Assembly: GCA_964358005.1 (NCBI GenBank)
Contig: CAYHNH010000001.1
Location: 78,775 to 142,774, forward strand
Direction of reading: 5' to 3'
DNA: 64,000 nt
Source of the DNA: an uncultured Candidatus Saccharibacteria bacterium
GTDB taxonomy: Bacteria > Patescibacteriota > Minisyncoccia > Phycocordibacterales > PALSA-1337
This document shows, one piece after another, positions 54,486 to 63,427 of this stretch. The notes beneath the pieces are model-generated. The model was not told the origin of the DNA, ran no database searches, and saw only the letters and a list, made by a program, of their open reading frames with translations. Made by a program: the position numbers and the translations under genes. Numbering within the stretch: the first letter of the stretch is position 1; every line of letters starts with the position of its first letter.

Positions 54486-56237
54486 ATGCTCGTCGAAGAC
54501 ACACAGCTCTACAAATTCATCCTCGACTCGGGGCTCGTTACCAAGGCCGATCTCGAAGATGCCAAGAAAGAGGCCGACGAGAAGAGCAAAAGGCTGGGAG
54601 ATGTCCTGGTCGGCGCTGGCAAGATCACGGCTGACAATCTCCGCCGTATGCAGGCCTATATTTTGGGCATACCTTTCGTCGACCTCAAGAGCAAGAAGAT
54701 ACCTTTCGAGACCCTCTCTCTCATTCCGGAGCCTATAGCCCGTTCGCATTCCATAGTTGCATTCAAGAAGTCCGATGTGGCTCTCGAAGTAGCGATGCTG
54801 GACGTGAATGATCTTTCAGCCATCGATTTCATAAAGAAGAAGGTCAATCTCAAGATACTCCCCCGCCTCACGGATGCGGACTCCATAAAAGAAGTTCTCA
54901 TCCAATACCAGAAGAGCCTCAAGGCTGAATTCGGGGACATCATCCAGAAGGAGACCGAGTCCCTCAAGATGATCGCTTCGGAAGGCAAGGGCGACACAGC
55001 TACAGAGGCAGACCTGAAGAAGATCGCCGAAGACCTGCCGGTGGTCCGCATCGTCGACACTCTCATCAAACATGCCATCATCCAGAATGCTTCCGATATC
55101 CACATCGAACCTATGGAAGAGCAGGTCCTGGTCCGCTATCGCATAGATGGACTCTTGCACGATGCCATGGTCCTACCGAAGCATGCCGGAACATCCATAT
55201 CTGCGCGTATAAAAGTGCTTTCGAACCTGAAGCTAGACGAGAAGCGCCTGCCGCAGGACGGCCGCTTCAAGGTGGACGCTAATAACGAGAAGGTTTCATT
55301 CCGCGTTTCCATACTGCCCACCTACTATGGCGAGAAGCTGGTGATGAGGCTCCTGCGCGAGAATATCTCCGGTTTTACGCTCGAATATCTGCATTTCCAC
55401 GGCGAATCCCTCGAGCGGATACATAAGGCGCTCAATCTCTCGACTGGAATGATCCTGACCACTGGACCTACAGGTTCAGGAAAGACGACTTCGCTGTATA
55501 CCATGCTCGATATCCTGAACCAGCCGGACGTCAATATCTCTACTATAGAGGACCCTATCGAATATCAGATGGCCAGGATAAACCAGACCAATGTCCGTCC
55601 AGAGATCGGCTTCAGCTTCGCCCAGGGCATTCGCACTCTGGTTCGTCAGGACCCGGACATCATCATGGTTGGTGAGATCCGCGACAACGAGACCGCCGCT
55701 CTGGCGGTGAACGCGGCCTTGACCGGCCACCTAGTGCTCTCGACTTTGCATACGAACTCGGCCGCCGGTGCCATTCCTCGCCTGCTCGACATGAAGGTGG
55801 AACCGTTTTTGCTGGCATCCACTCTGGATATCGTCATCGGACAAAGGCTCGTCCGCGAACTGACAGAGGCGAAGGTCGCTTACTACCTGACCAAGGATGA
55901 GCTAGCCCAGCTCGGCAAGTCCGTCGACCTCGGAAAAGTCATGGAGGCGCTCAAGGCTGAAAAAGTCGTGAATGCTGATGCCGTCTGGGAGACGATGCCT
56001 TTCTACAAACCATCCCCGGGTGTAGATGACGATGGATACAAGGGGCGTCTCGGCATACATGAGGTCTTGAAGATGAGCCAAGCCGTCAGAGATCTCATCA
56101 TGAAGAATGCCACCACTTCTGACCTCGAGGTCCAGGCCAGGAAGGAGGGCATGCTCACTATGCTCGAAGATGGCATATTCAAGTGTGTCCAGGGCATCAC
56201 TACCATCGAGGAGGTCCTCCGCGTAGTCTCGGAATAA
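54486..56237 (+). CDS. pilB: Type IV pilus assembly ATPase PilB (GspE family) with N-terminal T2SSE_N domains
   Basis: Walker A LTTGPTGSGKTTSLY, Asp box IEDPIEY, Walker B DPDIIMVGEIRD and His box LVLSTLHTNSAAGAI. Tetracysteine positions are partly replaced. Start taken at MLVEDTQLYKF. Confidence 0.9.
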   Translation: MLVEDTQLYKFILDSGLVTKADLEDAKKEADEKSKRLGDVLVGAGKITADNLRRMQAYILGIPFVDLKSKKIPFETLSLIPEPIARSHSIVAFKKSDVALEVAMLDVNDLSAIDFIKKKVNLKILPRLTDADSIKEVLIQYQKSLKAEFGDIIQKETESLKMIASEGKGDTATEADLKKIAEDLPVVRIVDTLIKHAIIQNASDIHIEPMEEQVLVRYRIDGLLHDAMVLPKHAGTSISARIKVLSNLKLDEKRLPQDGRFKVDANNEKVSFRVSILPTYYGEKLVMRLLRENISGFTLEYLHFHGESLERIHKALNLSTGMILTTGPTGSGKTTSLYTMLDILNQPDVNISTIEDPIEYQMARINQTNVRPEIGFSFAQGIRTLVRQDPDIIMVGEIRDNETAALAVNAALTGHLVLSTLHTNSAAGAIPRLLDMKVEPFLLASTLDIVIGQRLVRELTEAKVAYYLTKDELAQLGKSVDLGKVMEALKAEKVVNADAVWETMPFYKPSPGVDDDGYKGRLGIHEVLKMSQAVRDLIMKNATTSDLEVQARKEGMLTMLEDGIFKCVQGITTIEEVLRVVSE

Positions 56238-56238
56238 T

Positions 56239-57459
56239 ATGTCTACTTTTAGCTATACCGGAAAAAAACCGACGGGGGAGAGATTCACGGCCAGACAGGA
56301 AGCGGCCGATCGTTTCGAGCTGTACCGCATCATCAAAGAGCATGGCGACGAGCTCCTGGAATACAAGGAGAGATCGACAGGTAAGGCCGTGAGCCTGAAT
56401 ATGACCCTGTCCTTCTTGAGCAGGATAAACACCACGGAAAAGATCAATTTCGCGCGCAATCTCGGCCTAATGCTCGAGTCGGGGCTCTCGCTCGCCCGGT
56501 CGCTGTCTGTCATCGAGCGCCAGTCGAAGAACAAGATGCTGAAGGACGTCATCAAACAGCTCCTAGAAGAGGTGAACAAAGGCTCGACGTTCGCGGAAGC
56601 CCTAGCCAAGCATGAGAAGGTCTTTCCTCCCATATTTGTCTCGATGGTCCATGCCGGTGAACAGAGCGGCACCCTGTCAGGATCGCTCAAATCCGTGGCC
56701 AATCAGACCGAAAGCGCCTACACACTGACGAGGAGAGTTCGCGGGGCGCTCATGTATCCGGGCGTCATATTAGGCGTGATGATCACTATCGGCGTCCTGA
56801 TGTTCATATTCGTGGTCCCGACTCTGACCAAGGTTTTCATCGAGCTCAAGGTTGAATTGCCGCTCACCACCAAGATCATCGTGGGCATAAGCGACGCCAT
56901 CCAATACCACGGCATCTTGGTGCTCATATTGATAGCTATCGTAGTCGCCGCGATCATCTTCTGGTCCAAGAAGCCGTCTGGCAAGAATTTCCTGCACGCT
57001 CTGGTACTTAAGCTGCCGCTCATCGGCGGCCTGGTCCAGGAGGTCAATTCCGCCAGGACTGCTAGGACGCTTTCTTCTCTCATCTCCGCCGGAGTTGATG
57101 TAGTCGAGTCTGTTTCCATAACTGGTACGGTCGTGCAGAACGTCCATTTCCAGAGAGTCCTAGCGCGCGCCGGAGAGGCCATAAAAAAAGGCGACCTCAT
57201 GTCCAAAGTTTTCAGCGAGGAGGTCGCTCTGTACCCGATATTTTTCGCTGAGATGCTGTCGGTGGGGGAGGAGACGGGCAAGATAGGCGAGATGCTAGGA
57301 AATGTCTCCAACTATTACGAATCCGATGTCGAACAGAAGACCAAGAACCTGTCCACTATCATCGAACCTCTGCTCATGGTGGTCATAGGAGCGGCAGTCG
57401 GCTTCTTCGCTGTGTCGATGATATCCCCGATATACTCCTTAGTTAACGCGATAAATTAG
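56239..57459 (+). CDS. pilC: Type IV pilus inner-membrane platform protein PilC (GspF family)
   Basis: Two GspF repeats (LARSLSVIERQ...LSGSLKSVA and SARTARTLSSLISAGVDVVESV...GEMLGNVSNYYE) and 3 TM segments. Confidence 0.9.
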   Translation: MSTFSYTGKKPTGERFTARQEAADRFELYRIIKEHGDELLEYKERSTGKAVSLNMTLSFLSRINTTEKINFARNLGLMLESGLSLARSLSVIERQSKNKMLKDVIKQLLEEVNKGSTFAEALAKHEKVFPPIFVSMVHAGEQSGTLSGSLKSVANQTESAYTLTRRVRGALMYPGVILGVMITIGVLMFIFVVPTLTKVFIELKVELPLTTKIIVGISDAIQYHGILVLILIAIVVAAIIFWSKKPSGKNFLHALVLKLPLIGGLVQEVNSARTARTLSSLISAGVDVVESVSITGTVVQNVHFQRVLARAGEAIKKGDLMSKVFSEEVALYPIFFAEMLSVGEETGKIGEMLGNVSNYYESDVEQKTKNLSTIIEPLLMVVIGAAVGFFAVSMISPIYSLVNAIN

Positions 57460-59216
57460 TCCTCCTTCCAGCTATTTACTATGAAGCCTCCAGAAGGGCC
57501 GCCCTGGAATTCTGGGCTGGCCAAGCCCTGGTCGTAGGTGACCTCGCCGCCACCGCCGATCACTATGGTGTTCGCCACTATCGCGTTTATGTCGGCGCCG
57601 CCGTTTAGAGTGATCGTTCCTGACTGCGCGTTTGCGGCTATGGCCCCGGCTCCGCCGGATATAGTTATTGCGCTTGCCCCTCCGCAATTGATGTCATTTG
57701 GGCATCTGCTGGTCGAGACCACGAAAAGGTAACTGTCACTCGAGCCGGAGCCTGCCGAACCGCCGCCGGATATGTTGATCCAGCCGTCAGCTATGATAGT
57801 GCCGCTGTAGTCTCCGAAGCCGGATGGCAATTTTATCTTTCCGCCGCCATTCACAGTCACTGTGCCCTGGACCCACAAGGTTCCATTCAAGGTTAGTGTT
57901 CCGCCGCCGTTCACTGTTAGATTACCGGTTATCTTTTTTGGTCCGAGAGAGGCCCCCTGCCAGCCGACAGTATAGTTGCCTGAGATGGTCCCACCTGCGG
58001 CGGCCTCGTCCTTCCAGTCTTGGATGTTGTCGTCAGTAAACGGCAGGGGAACGGCTGGAGGACTGCCACGGGATGTGTCACAGCTTTTGTTGTTATAGCT
58101 TCCGGTCGTGCAGTATATGGTCCCCTCGACGCTGGTACCCTTCACGTTCGTAGCCCAGGCATCGCCCACCCCGCCGGTCCCTATCTGGAGCCCTCCAACG
58201 TAGTTCGCTCGGCCAATGGTGGAAGTGATACCGCCGGCATAGAGTATGAAATATCCGTCATAGGTGTTTGCCGTCCAGCTTCCGGAATAGGCGCCGGTTT
58301 TGGCGGCTCCTGTGGCGTATGAGCTGTTTGCTCCTATGACGTAGTAATTGTTCGAATTCTGGGAACTGCTATCTATGACCACCCAGTAGGTAGTCCCTGG
58401 CACTAGAGCGGGTTTGGTAGTAAAGACTACGTCCACCCAGCTGTAGCTGGTTGTGACCGAACTAGCTACGAGCGACACGCTCCCGGTCGGTATCTCGGTA
58501 GTGCTCGGGGATCCGGCATTGTTCGCTACAATGCGCACTGTGGCATTGGCCGGAGCGCCGACCTTGCGGATATAGAATCGAATCTTATTGATCGCTGTAG
58601 ACGTGCCGGCCACGAAGCTCTGCGCAAAATCCTGCGAAGCCGAGGCATTCCTGAAGGTTATAGAGTTTGGCGGGGTGCTCGGCGAGGAGTTGCTCTGATC
58701 GGCCGCTAAGGGATAGCTGTCCGCGGCTATGGCCGACCCTGTGATAGTTGAGCTTATGGCGTCGATATTGCCATTTGAATAGACATTGCCGCGTATGGTG
58801 GAGCCGCCATCCATTATCACGCCGCCGTTGCCGGCCTGTAGCCCGTAATTGAAGGCAATGCCGCTGCCGTAGCTGACGCTGGCGCTGAAATTCCTATGAT
58901 AAGAGCTTTGTGAGCTGGTCACCGCGATGCTCTTGCCGCCAGGAACAGTCGTGGTCGTCACGACCGCCGAGCTCGTAGCCAGGGTGATCGTGACGGAAGA
59001 AGGCAGGTTCATGCCGTTCTTAAGCCTATATATGGCTTCGCTCACGCCGCTATTCGAAGCCAGGAGCGCTTGCTTAGAATACCCGTATCCCTGGATCGAG
59101 GAATAATGCGAGACTATTGGAACTGCTCCACCGAGGACTAGGATGAGGCCGAGTGCCGAGAATAGCACTGCCAGAGTGATGACCGCGTAGCCTCTATTGT
59201 GATGATGTATTCGCAT
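57456..59216 (-). CDS. Large Gly/Thr/Ser-rich pilus-associated protein with a pilin-like hydrophobic N-terminus (candidate tip adhesin/minor pilin)
   Basis: 586 aa. N-terminus RGYAVITLAVLFSALGLILVLGG. The C-terminus has beta-helix-like repeats (GNLTVNGGGTLTLNGTLWVQGTVTVNGGGKIKL). It is the first gene of the minus-strand pilin operon. Confidence 0.5.
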   Translation of the reverse strand: MRIHHHNRGYAVITLAVLFSALGLILVLGGAVPIVSHYSSIQGYGYSKQALLASNSGVSEAIYRLKNGMNLPSSVTITLATSSAVVTTTTVPGGKSIAVTSSQSSYHRNFSASVSYGSGIAFNYGLQAGNGGVIMDGGSTIRGNVYSNGNIDAISSTITGSAIAADSYPLAADQSNSSPSTPPNSITFRNASASQDFAQSFVAGTSTAINKIRFYIRKVGAPANATVRIVANNAGSPSTTEIPTGSVSLVASSVTTSYSWVDVVFTTKPALVPGTTYWVVIDSSSQNSNNYYVIGANSSYATGAAKTGAYSGSWTANTYDGYFILYAGGITSTIGRANYVGGLQIGTGGVGDAWATNVKGTSVEGTIYCTTGSYNNKSCDTSRGSPPAVPLPFTDDNIQDWKDEAAAGGTISGNYTVGWQGASLGPKKITGNLTVNGGGTLTLNGTLWVQGTVTVNGGGKIKLPSGFGDYSGTIIADGWINISGGGSAGSGSSDSYLFVVSTSRCPNDINCGGASAITISGGAGAIAANAQSGTITLNGGADINAIVANTIVIGGGGEVTYDQGLASPEFQGGPSGGFIVNSWKED

Positions 59217-59220
59217 TTAT

Positions 59221-59739
59221 TTATTGATATGACTGGCGGAGCACTGCCATTCCGCTATATGTGGCGGTGCTGGTCCCGCTCCTCGTCCTATAGTCGATGC
59301 TTATCTCCGCGCGGACCGAGGACGAAACTGCTGTCGTCAGCTTTTTTACGTAAAATCCCGAGATCCACATGTCTGCGGCCGTGAGGGTCGTTGTCGCGGA
59401 CGAGTTCACCTTCTGCTTTAGGGCGCCTCCTTCCAAGGAATACACTGTCGTCGTCGAAACTCCTGCGCCGCTCGTTGTGAGCGATGTCGCGCCATATTGA
59501 TTGTTATATATGCTTCCTGCATCATTCGCGGTATCTGCGCCCCTCACATCGCTAAGCACTCTGTTTATGAGAGAAATGCCGACCTGGTCCGTACGCGTGG
59601 TCACCGTGGCGCTTCTATACCAGTCATATAGATAGAAAATGAATGTGACGATGCCCGCAAGAATGACCAGTAGGCCTGCGGCATATGTCAGGGTCTCTAC
59701 TAGTGTGAAGCCGGAGCTTTTAGTTGCTGAATACGTCAT
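59221..59739 (-). CDS. Type IV prepilin / pseudopilin
   Basis: Class III signal and N-methylation site KSSG|FTLVETL, followed by a hydrophobic alpha-1 helix. Confidence 0.7.
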   Translation of the reverse strand: MTYSATKSSGFTLVETLTYAAGLLVILAGIVTFIFYLYDWYRSATVTTRTDQVGISLINRVLSDVRGADTANDAGSIYNNQYGATSLTTSGAGVSTTTVYSLEGGALKQKVNSSATTTLTAADMWISGFYVKKLTTAVSSSVRAEISIDYRTRSGTSTATYSGMAVLRQSYQ

Positions 59740-60211
59740 GGATCAATGTTTGGGCTTGTACGATGGGGGCAGTGGTGGTGCTTGAATTCGGGTAGATGCT
59801 GATGGTGGCTAGCCTGGTCCCCGGATCATTCGTGCCTGATGAAGAGATGTTGGATGAAGCATCGCGGTTCACGGATCTTAGGGATATTATCCGGGTATAG
59901 GCGTTGTTTATGATAGTCGGCGTCGTCGTGAGCACATAATCCGAACCGTCCCAGACTAGGTAATAGCTCGTATTCAGAGCGAGCGGAGCTATGTTGGCAT
60001 CCCAGCCCTTGTCTCGGATATATTGTAGAGCCTCGCCAGCCTCTTCGATGAGTAGGTCAGCCTGCGTCATCCTGGTGCTCTGGCCGGCCAGCTTGAGATA
60101 GAACTGCCAGGCGGTAGCGACTCCCGTCACCACGACAGCTATGATAGCCGCGCCTATGACTATCTCCGTGACGGAGAAGCCTAGGCACTTTTTTTGTAGA
60201 GCGTCCCTCAT
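59720..60211 (-). CDS. Type IV prepilin / pseudopilin
   Basis: KKCLG|FSVTEIVIGAAIIAVVV prepilin motif. Confidence 0.7.
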   Translation of the reverse strand: MRDALQKKCLGFSVTEIVIGAAIIAVVVTGVATAWQFYLKLAGQSTRMTQADLLIEEAGEALQYIRDKGWDANIAPLALNTSYYLVWDGSDYVLTTTPTIINNAYTRIISLRSVNRDASSNISSSGTNDPGTRLATISIYPNSSTTTAPIVQAQTLIHDVFSN

Positions 60212-60217
60212 GCTCCG

Positions 60218-60688
60218 CTATTTTATCACACTTATGTCGCCGGATTGTCCTACGATTATGCTGTCTGTGAGAGAGGGGTCCTGGATACTGCTTATCGTGA
60301 CTGTGGCCATGTTCTGTGGCACACCGGTGAGCCGCCCGAAGACGATGGAGGAGCCGCCACCCTGCACTGTTACGCTGAGGCTCCAGCCGGAAGGTACTGT
60401 AGCGGTCTTATTATCTGGATCTCCAGCCACATAGGTAGAGCCGGGGAAGATGTGATAGGCGCTAGGCTCGATATAGACACCGAAGCTCGAGCCATCCTTG
60501 CCAGCCATTGCCTCGGATTTGGCTCGTTCCAGGGCTATGTCCACTCCGTCAGTTATGGTTTCCAGAGACTTCGTGGATTTCGACGAATAGAAGGACGTGA
60601 GGCCTATCGCCGAGAGGAGGATCAATATGGCTATCGATATGACAGCTTCAGTGAGCGTAAATCCTCGGCGCGATATCCTATATGTCAT
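60218..60688 (-). CDS. Type IV prepilin / pseudopilin
   Basis: SRRG|FTLTEAVISIAILILL prepilin motif. Confidence 0.7.
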   Translation of the reverse strand: MTYRISRRGFTLTEAVISIAILILLSAIGLTSFYSSKSTKSLETITDGVDIALERAKSEAMAGKDGSSFGVYIEPSAYHIFPGSTYVAGDPDNKTATVPSGWSLSVTVQGGGSSIVFGRLTGVPQNMATVTISSIQDPSLTDSIIVGQSGDISVIK

Positions 60689-60724
60689 GTATCGATTTTA
60701 GCATGCCATGCTAGAATTGTGGGC

Positions 60725-61486
60725 ATGGCAAAAAGGCTAGTCATAGGCAATTGGAAGATGAACCCGGAGACATTCGAGGCCGCCAAGGCGATCGCTCGCA
60801 AGACGCGAGCTGTCTGCGCGAGGCTGAATAATACAGAGGTGGTCGTCTGTCCGCCGTTCCCGTTCATTTCGGCTGCCACTTCTAGGAAGGAGATATCAGG
60901 TTTTCACATAGGCGCGCAGTCGGTCTCTCTTGAAGCAGCTGGTCCGCATACTGGTCAGGTGAATTCACAGATGCTCAAGAGCCTGGGCGTAGAATTCGTG
61001 ATAGCTGGTCACTCGGAGGAACGCGCCGCGGGGGTTATCAATGCCGATATTTCCAGAAAAGTCTCCATGATCCTCGACGCTGGCCTTACGGCTGTCGTCT
61101 GTTTCGGGGAAAAGGCACGGGACGAGAGCGGCACTCACCTGGATTTTTTGAAGTCGCAGATAAAGGAGACGTTCGCAAATGTCCAAGCAGAAAAGGTTCG
61201 CAACATCGTCCTGGCCTATGAGCCAGTCTGGGCGATAGGTGCCAAGGAAGCGATGCAACCAGAGCTGGTCTATGAGATGTCGCTCTTCGTGAAGAAAGTG
61301 TTCTCGGATGTCTTCGGCCAGGAGGCTGGCCACAAGGTCAGGGTCCTATATGGCGGCTCGGTCAACTTCCGCAATGCCAGCGATATCGTGAAGATCGGCA
61401 AGGTAGACGGCCTATTAGTCGGCCGTGAGAGCGTGAATATGCCTGGGTTCAAGGAACTGATAAAGGCGGTTGACGCCATATCCTAA
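60725..61486 (+). CDS. tpiA: Triosephosphate isomerase
   Basis: Start at MAKRLVIGNWKMN, with catalytic motifs NWKMN, AGHSEER-like (IAGHSEER) and YEPVWAIG. The ORF-track entry 60245..61486 is a 5' over-extension. Confidence 0.9.
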   Translation: MAKRLVIGNWKMNPETFEAAKAIARKTRAVCARLNNTEVVVCPPFPFISAATSRKEISGFHIGAQSVSLEAAGPHTGQVNSQMLKSLGVEFVIAGHSEERAAGVINADISRKVSMILDAGLTAVVCFGEKARDESGTHLDFLKSQIKETFANVQAEKVRNIVLAYEPVWAIGAKEAMQPELVYEMSLFVKKVFSDVFGQEAGHKVRVLYGGSVNFRNASDIVKIGKVDGLLVGRESVNMPGFKELIKAVDAIS

Positions 61487-62608
61487 ATGAAGACTCTCCG
61501 AGACATAGAAAATCTGCAGGGGGTGAGAGTCTTCCTGCGCGCCGCCTTCGACGTTCCCATAAAAAATGGCGTTGTGGTGGATGATTTCCGTATTAGGGCC
61601 GCTCTGCCCACTATTGAGTATCTGCGGAGCCGCGGGGCCAAGGTTCTCATGGTGAGCCACGTCGAAGTCATACAGGGCGAAAGGGCCTCTCTCGAACCGG
61701 TCGCTGTTGCGCTCGGTAAGTTAGGTGTTCCGGTCAAGTTCGTCAAAGACTATAAGAAGGCTTTTGGCATGATGGAGAATGAGATCAAGGACGGCGAATG
61801 CATATTGCTCGAAAATCTACGGGCCTGGGAAGGCGAGAAGGGGAACGACAAGAAATTTGCCCGGGAATTGGCCTCGCTCGCTGACATCTATGTGAACGAT
61901 GCATTCTCGGTCTGCCACCGCGAACACGCTTCGATCGTCGGTGTTCCGCAATTCATTCCTGGCTATGCTGGCTTGCAAATAGAGCAGGAGGTGGCCAATC
62001 TTTCTAAAGCTTTCGATCCGGCTCATCCGTTCCTTTTTATCCTAGGTGGCGCGAAGTTCGAGACGAAACTGCCGTTGGTCAACAGATTTCTCGGTATAGC
62101 TGACACGATCTTCATAGGCGGTGCACTTGCTAATGATTTCTTCAAAGCCAAGGGTTATGAGATAGGCCGATCTCTGCTTTCCAAGGGAGATTTTGACCTC
62201 GCTCCTCTTTTAAACGACCCCAAGATACTCATTCCTGTGGACGTTGCTACCGAGAGCGGCGAGAATAAGAAGGCTGATGCTCTAGCCAAGGCCGACAAGA
62301 TCATGGATATAGGCGCGGAGTCTGTGAAGATCATAAAGGGCAAGATAGAGAGCGCCAAGTTCATCCTCTGGAATGGGCCTATGGGTCTGTACGAGGACGG
62401 CTACAGGGGACCGACGCTGGATATCGCGAAGATGATAGGCGATGCGACACAGCGCAGGGCCACCACGATAGTCGGTGGCGGCGATACGATCGCGGCTATA
62501 GCTACGCTCAAGCTTGAAGACGGATTTACTTTCATATCTACTGCCGGCGGTGCGATGTTGGATTTCCTGGCCGAGGGGACTTTGCCGGGATTGGAGGCGC
62601 TCAAATAG
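61487..62608 (+). CDS. pgk: Phosphoglycerate kinase
   Basis: VRVFLRAAFDVP, MVSHV (hinge), FILGGAKFETK and GGGDT. The start ATG directly abuts the tpiA TAA (TAAATG). Confidence 0.95.
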   Translation: MKTLRDIENLQGVRVFLRAAFDVPIKNGVVVDDFRIRAALPTIEYLRSRGAKVLMVSHVEVIQGERASLEPVAVALGKLGVPVKFVKDYKKAFGMMENEIKDGECILLENLRAWEGEKGNDKKFARELASLADIYVNDAFSVCHREHASIVGVPQFIPGYAGLQIEQEVANLSKAFDPAHPFLFILGGAKFETKLPLVNRFLGIADTIFIGGALANDFFKAKGYEIGRSLLSKGDFDLAPLLNDPKILIPVDVATESGENKKADALAKADKIMDIGAESVKIIKGKIESAKFILWNGPMGLYEDGYRGPTLDIAKMIGDATQRRATTIVGGGDTIAAIATLKLEDGFTFISTAGGAMLDFLAEGTLPGLEALK

Positions 62609-62652
62609 TCTTTGCATTTAATGCACAAAACGAGTAAGCTCCGGTCAGAAAC

Positions 62653-62931
62653 ATGGAGATTCCTATGCCAAAAAACACGTCTGTTAAGCCACGTCCCGTC
62701 GCCAAGTGCGACGTTTGTCACAAGCCGGTGCCGAAGAAGACCCCCGAGCGCGACAAGCCCCGGCATACGTCCTGCGATGTTGCCGTGAGCAGGAGCACAA
62801 TCCGTCGGCTCCAGAACCATCTTCGCCGTTGGCCCCATGATCCGCTGACCGTCGGACTCCGCAATGCCGTCCTGGATCTTCGGCCCAGCCTCCTCACCAG
62901 GCTGTTGCGGGGCGATGAGTGCTCTGACTAG
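62653..62931 (+). CDS. Small basic hypothetical protein with a possible Cys/His Zn-ribbon (CDVCHK...HTSCD)
   Basis: 92-aa ORF at about 60% GC, followed by a terminator. No recognised family. Weak. Confidence 0.3.
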   Translation: MEIPMPKNTSVKPRPVAKCDVCHKPVPKKTPERDKPRHTSCDVAVSRSTIRRLQNHLRRWPHDPLTVGLRNAVLDLRPSLLTRLLRGDECSD

Positions 62932-62988
62932 CAGACGCTTTACTGTGGTAAAGTGCCTTGCGACCGAAACATCCTCGAAATACCCCTC

Positions 62989-63016
62989 GGCCGGCAGGAT
63001 TCTACCGGCCTTTTTT
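62989..63016 (+). terminator. Rho-independent terminator
   Basis: GGCCGG...CCGGCC stem followed by TTTTTT. Confidence 0.5.
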
Positions 63017-63035
63017 GTAATCTGATTCCTTACGA

Positions 63036-63395
63036 TTAGAGTTCTGCCGCTACCCTGTTCTTATTCCCCTCAAAGTCTTTCTTGTCGCCTTTGACGCCGC
63101 TGTTAGGGAAGACCCAGATGTGGGCATGGGGCACTTCATCGCCGACGATGCGGCTCAAGATGAAGTCAGTATCGAACGCCTTGCGCTGGGCTTGCGCGAT
63201 CTTCCGGCAAACCTCGAAATACGCGCCGACATTCGGCACATCCCAGACCCAGCGATGATGGGCCTTCGGTATTACCTGCGTGTGGCCCGGTGACTGGGGA
63301 TTAATATCGAGGAACGCCAGAAAATCTGTGTCCTCATAGACGATGCTGGCCGGGATCTCTTTGGCTACGATTTTGCAGAAGACGCAATCTGTCAT
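63036..63395 (-). CDS. HIT-family (histidine-triad-like) nucleotide hydrolase/transferase
   Basis: N-terminal [44 protein letters not shown] and C-terminal HAHIWVF. Confidence 0.75.
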   Translation of the reverse strand: MTDCVFCKIVAKEIPASIVYEDTDFLAFLDINPQSPGHTQVIPKAHHRWVWDVPNVGAYFEVCRKIAQAQRKAFDTDFILSRIVGDEVPHAHIWVFPNSGVKGDKKDFEGNKNRVAAEL

Positions 63396-63427
63396 GGCTT
63401 GTCCGCATAGTATACAATACTCTGACT

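Noticed and set aside
54052-54738. 228-aa plus-strand ORF overlapping the STAS gene and the pilB start
   Set aside because: It is in an alternate frame to two well-supported genes. The Arg/Ser-rich low-complexity product is a high-GC artefact.
60245-60724. 5' extension of the tpiA ORF giving a 413-aa product
   Set aside because: The extension runs antisense through the prepilin gene 60218..60688. TpiA begins at the conserved MAKRLVIGNWKMN (60725), which is the real start.
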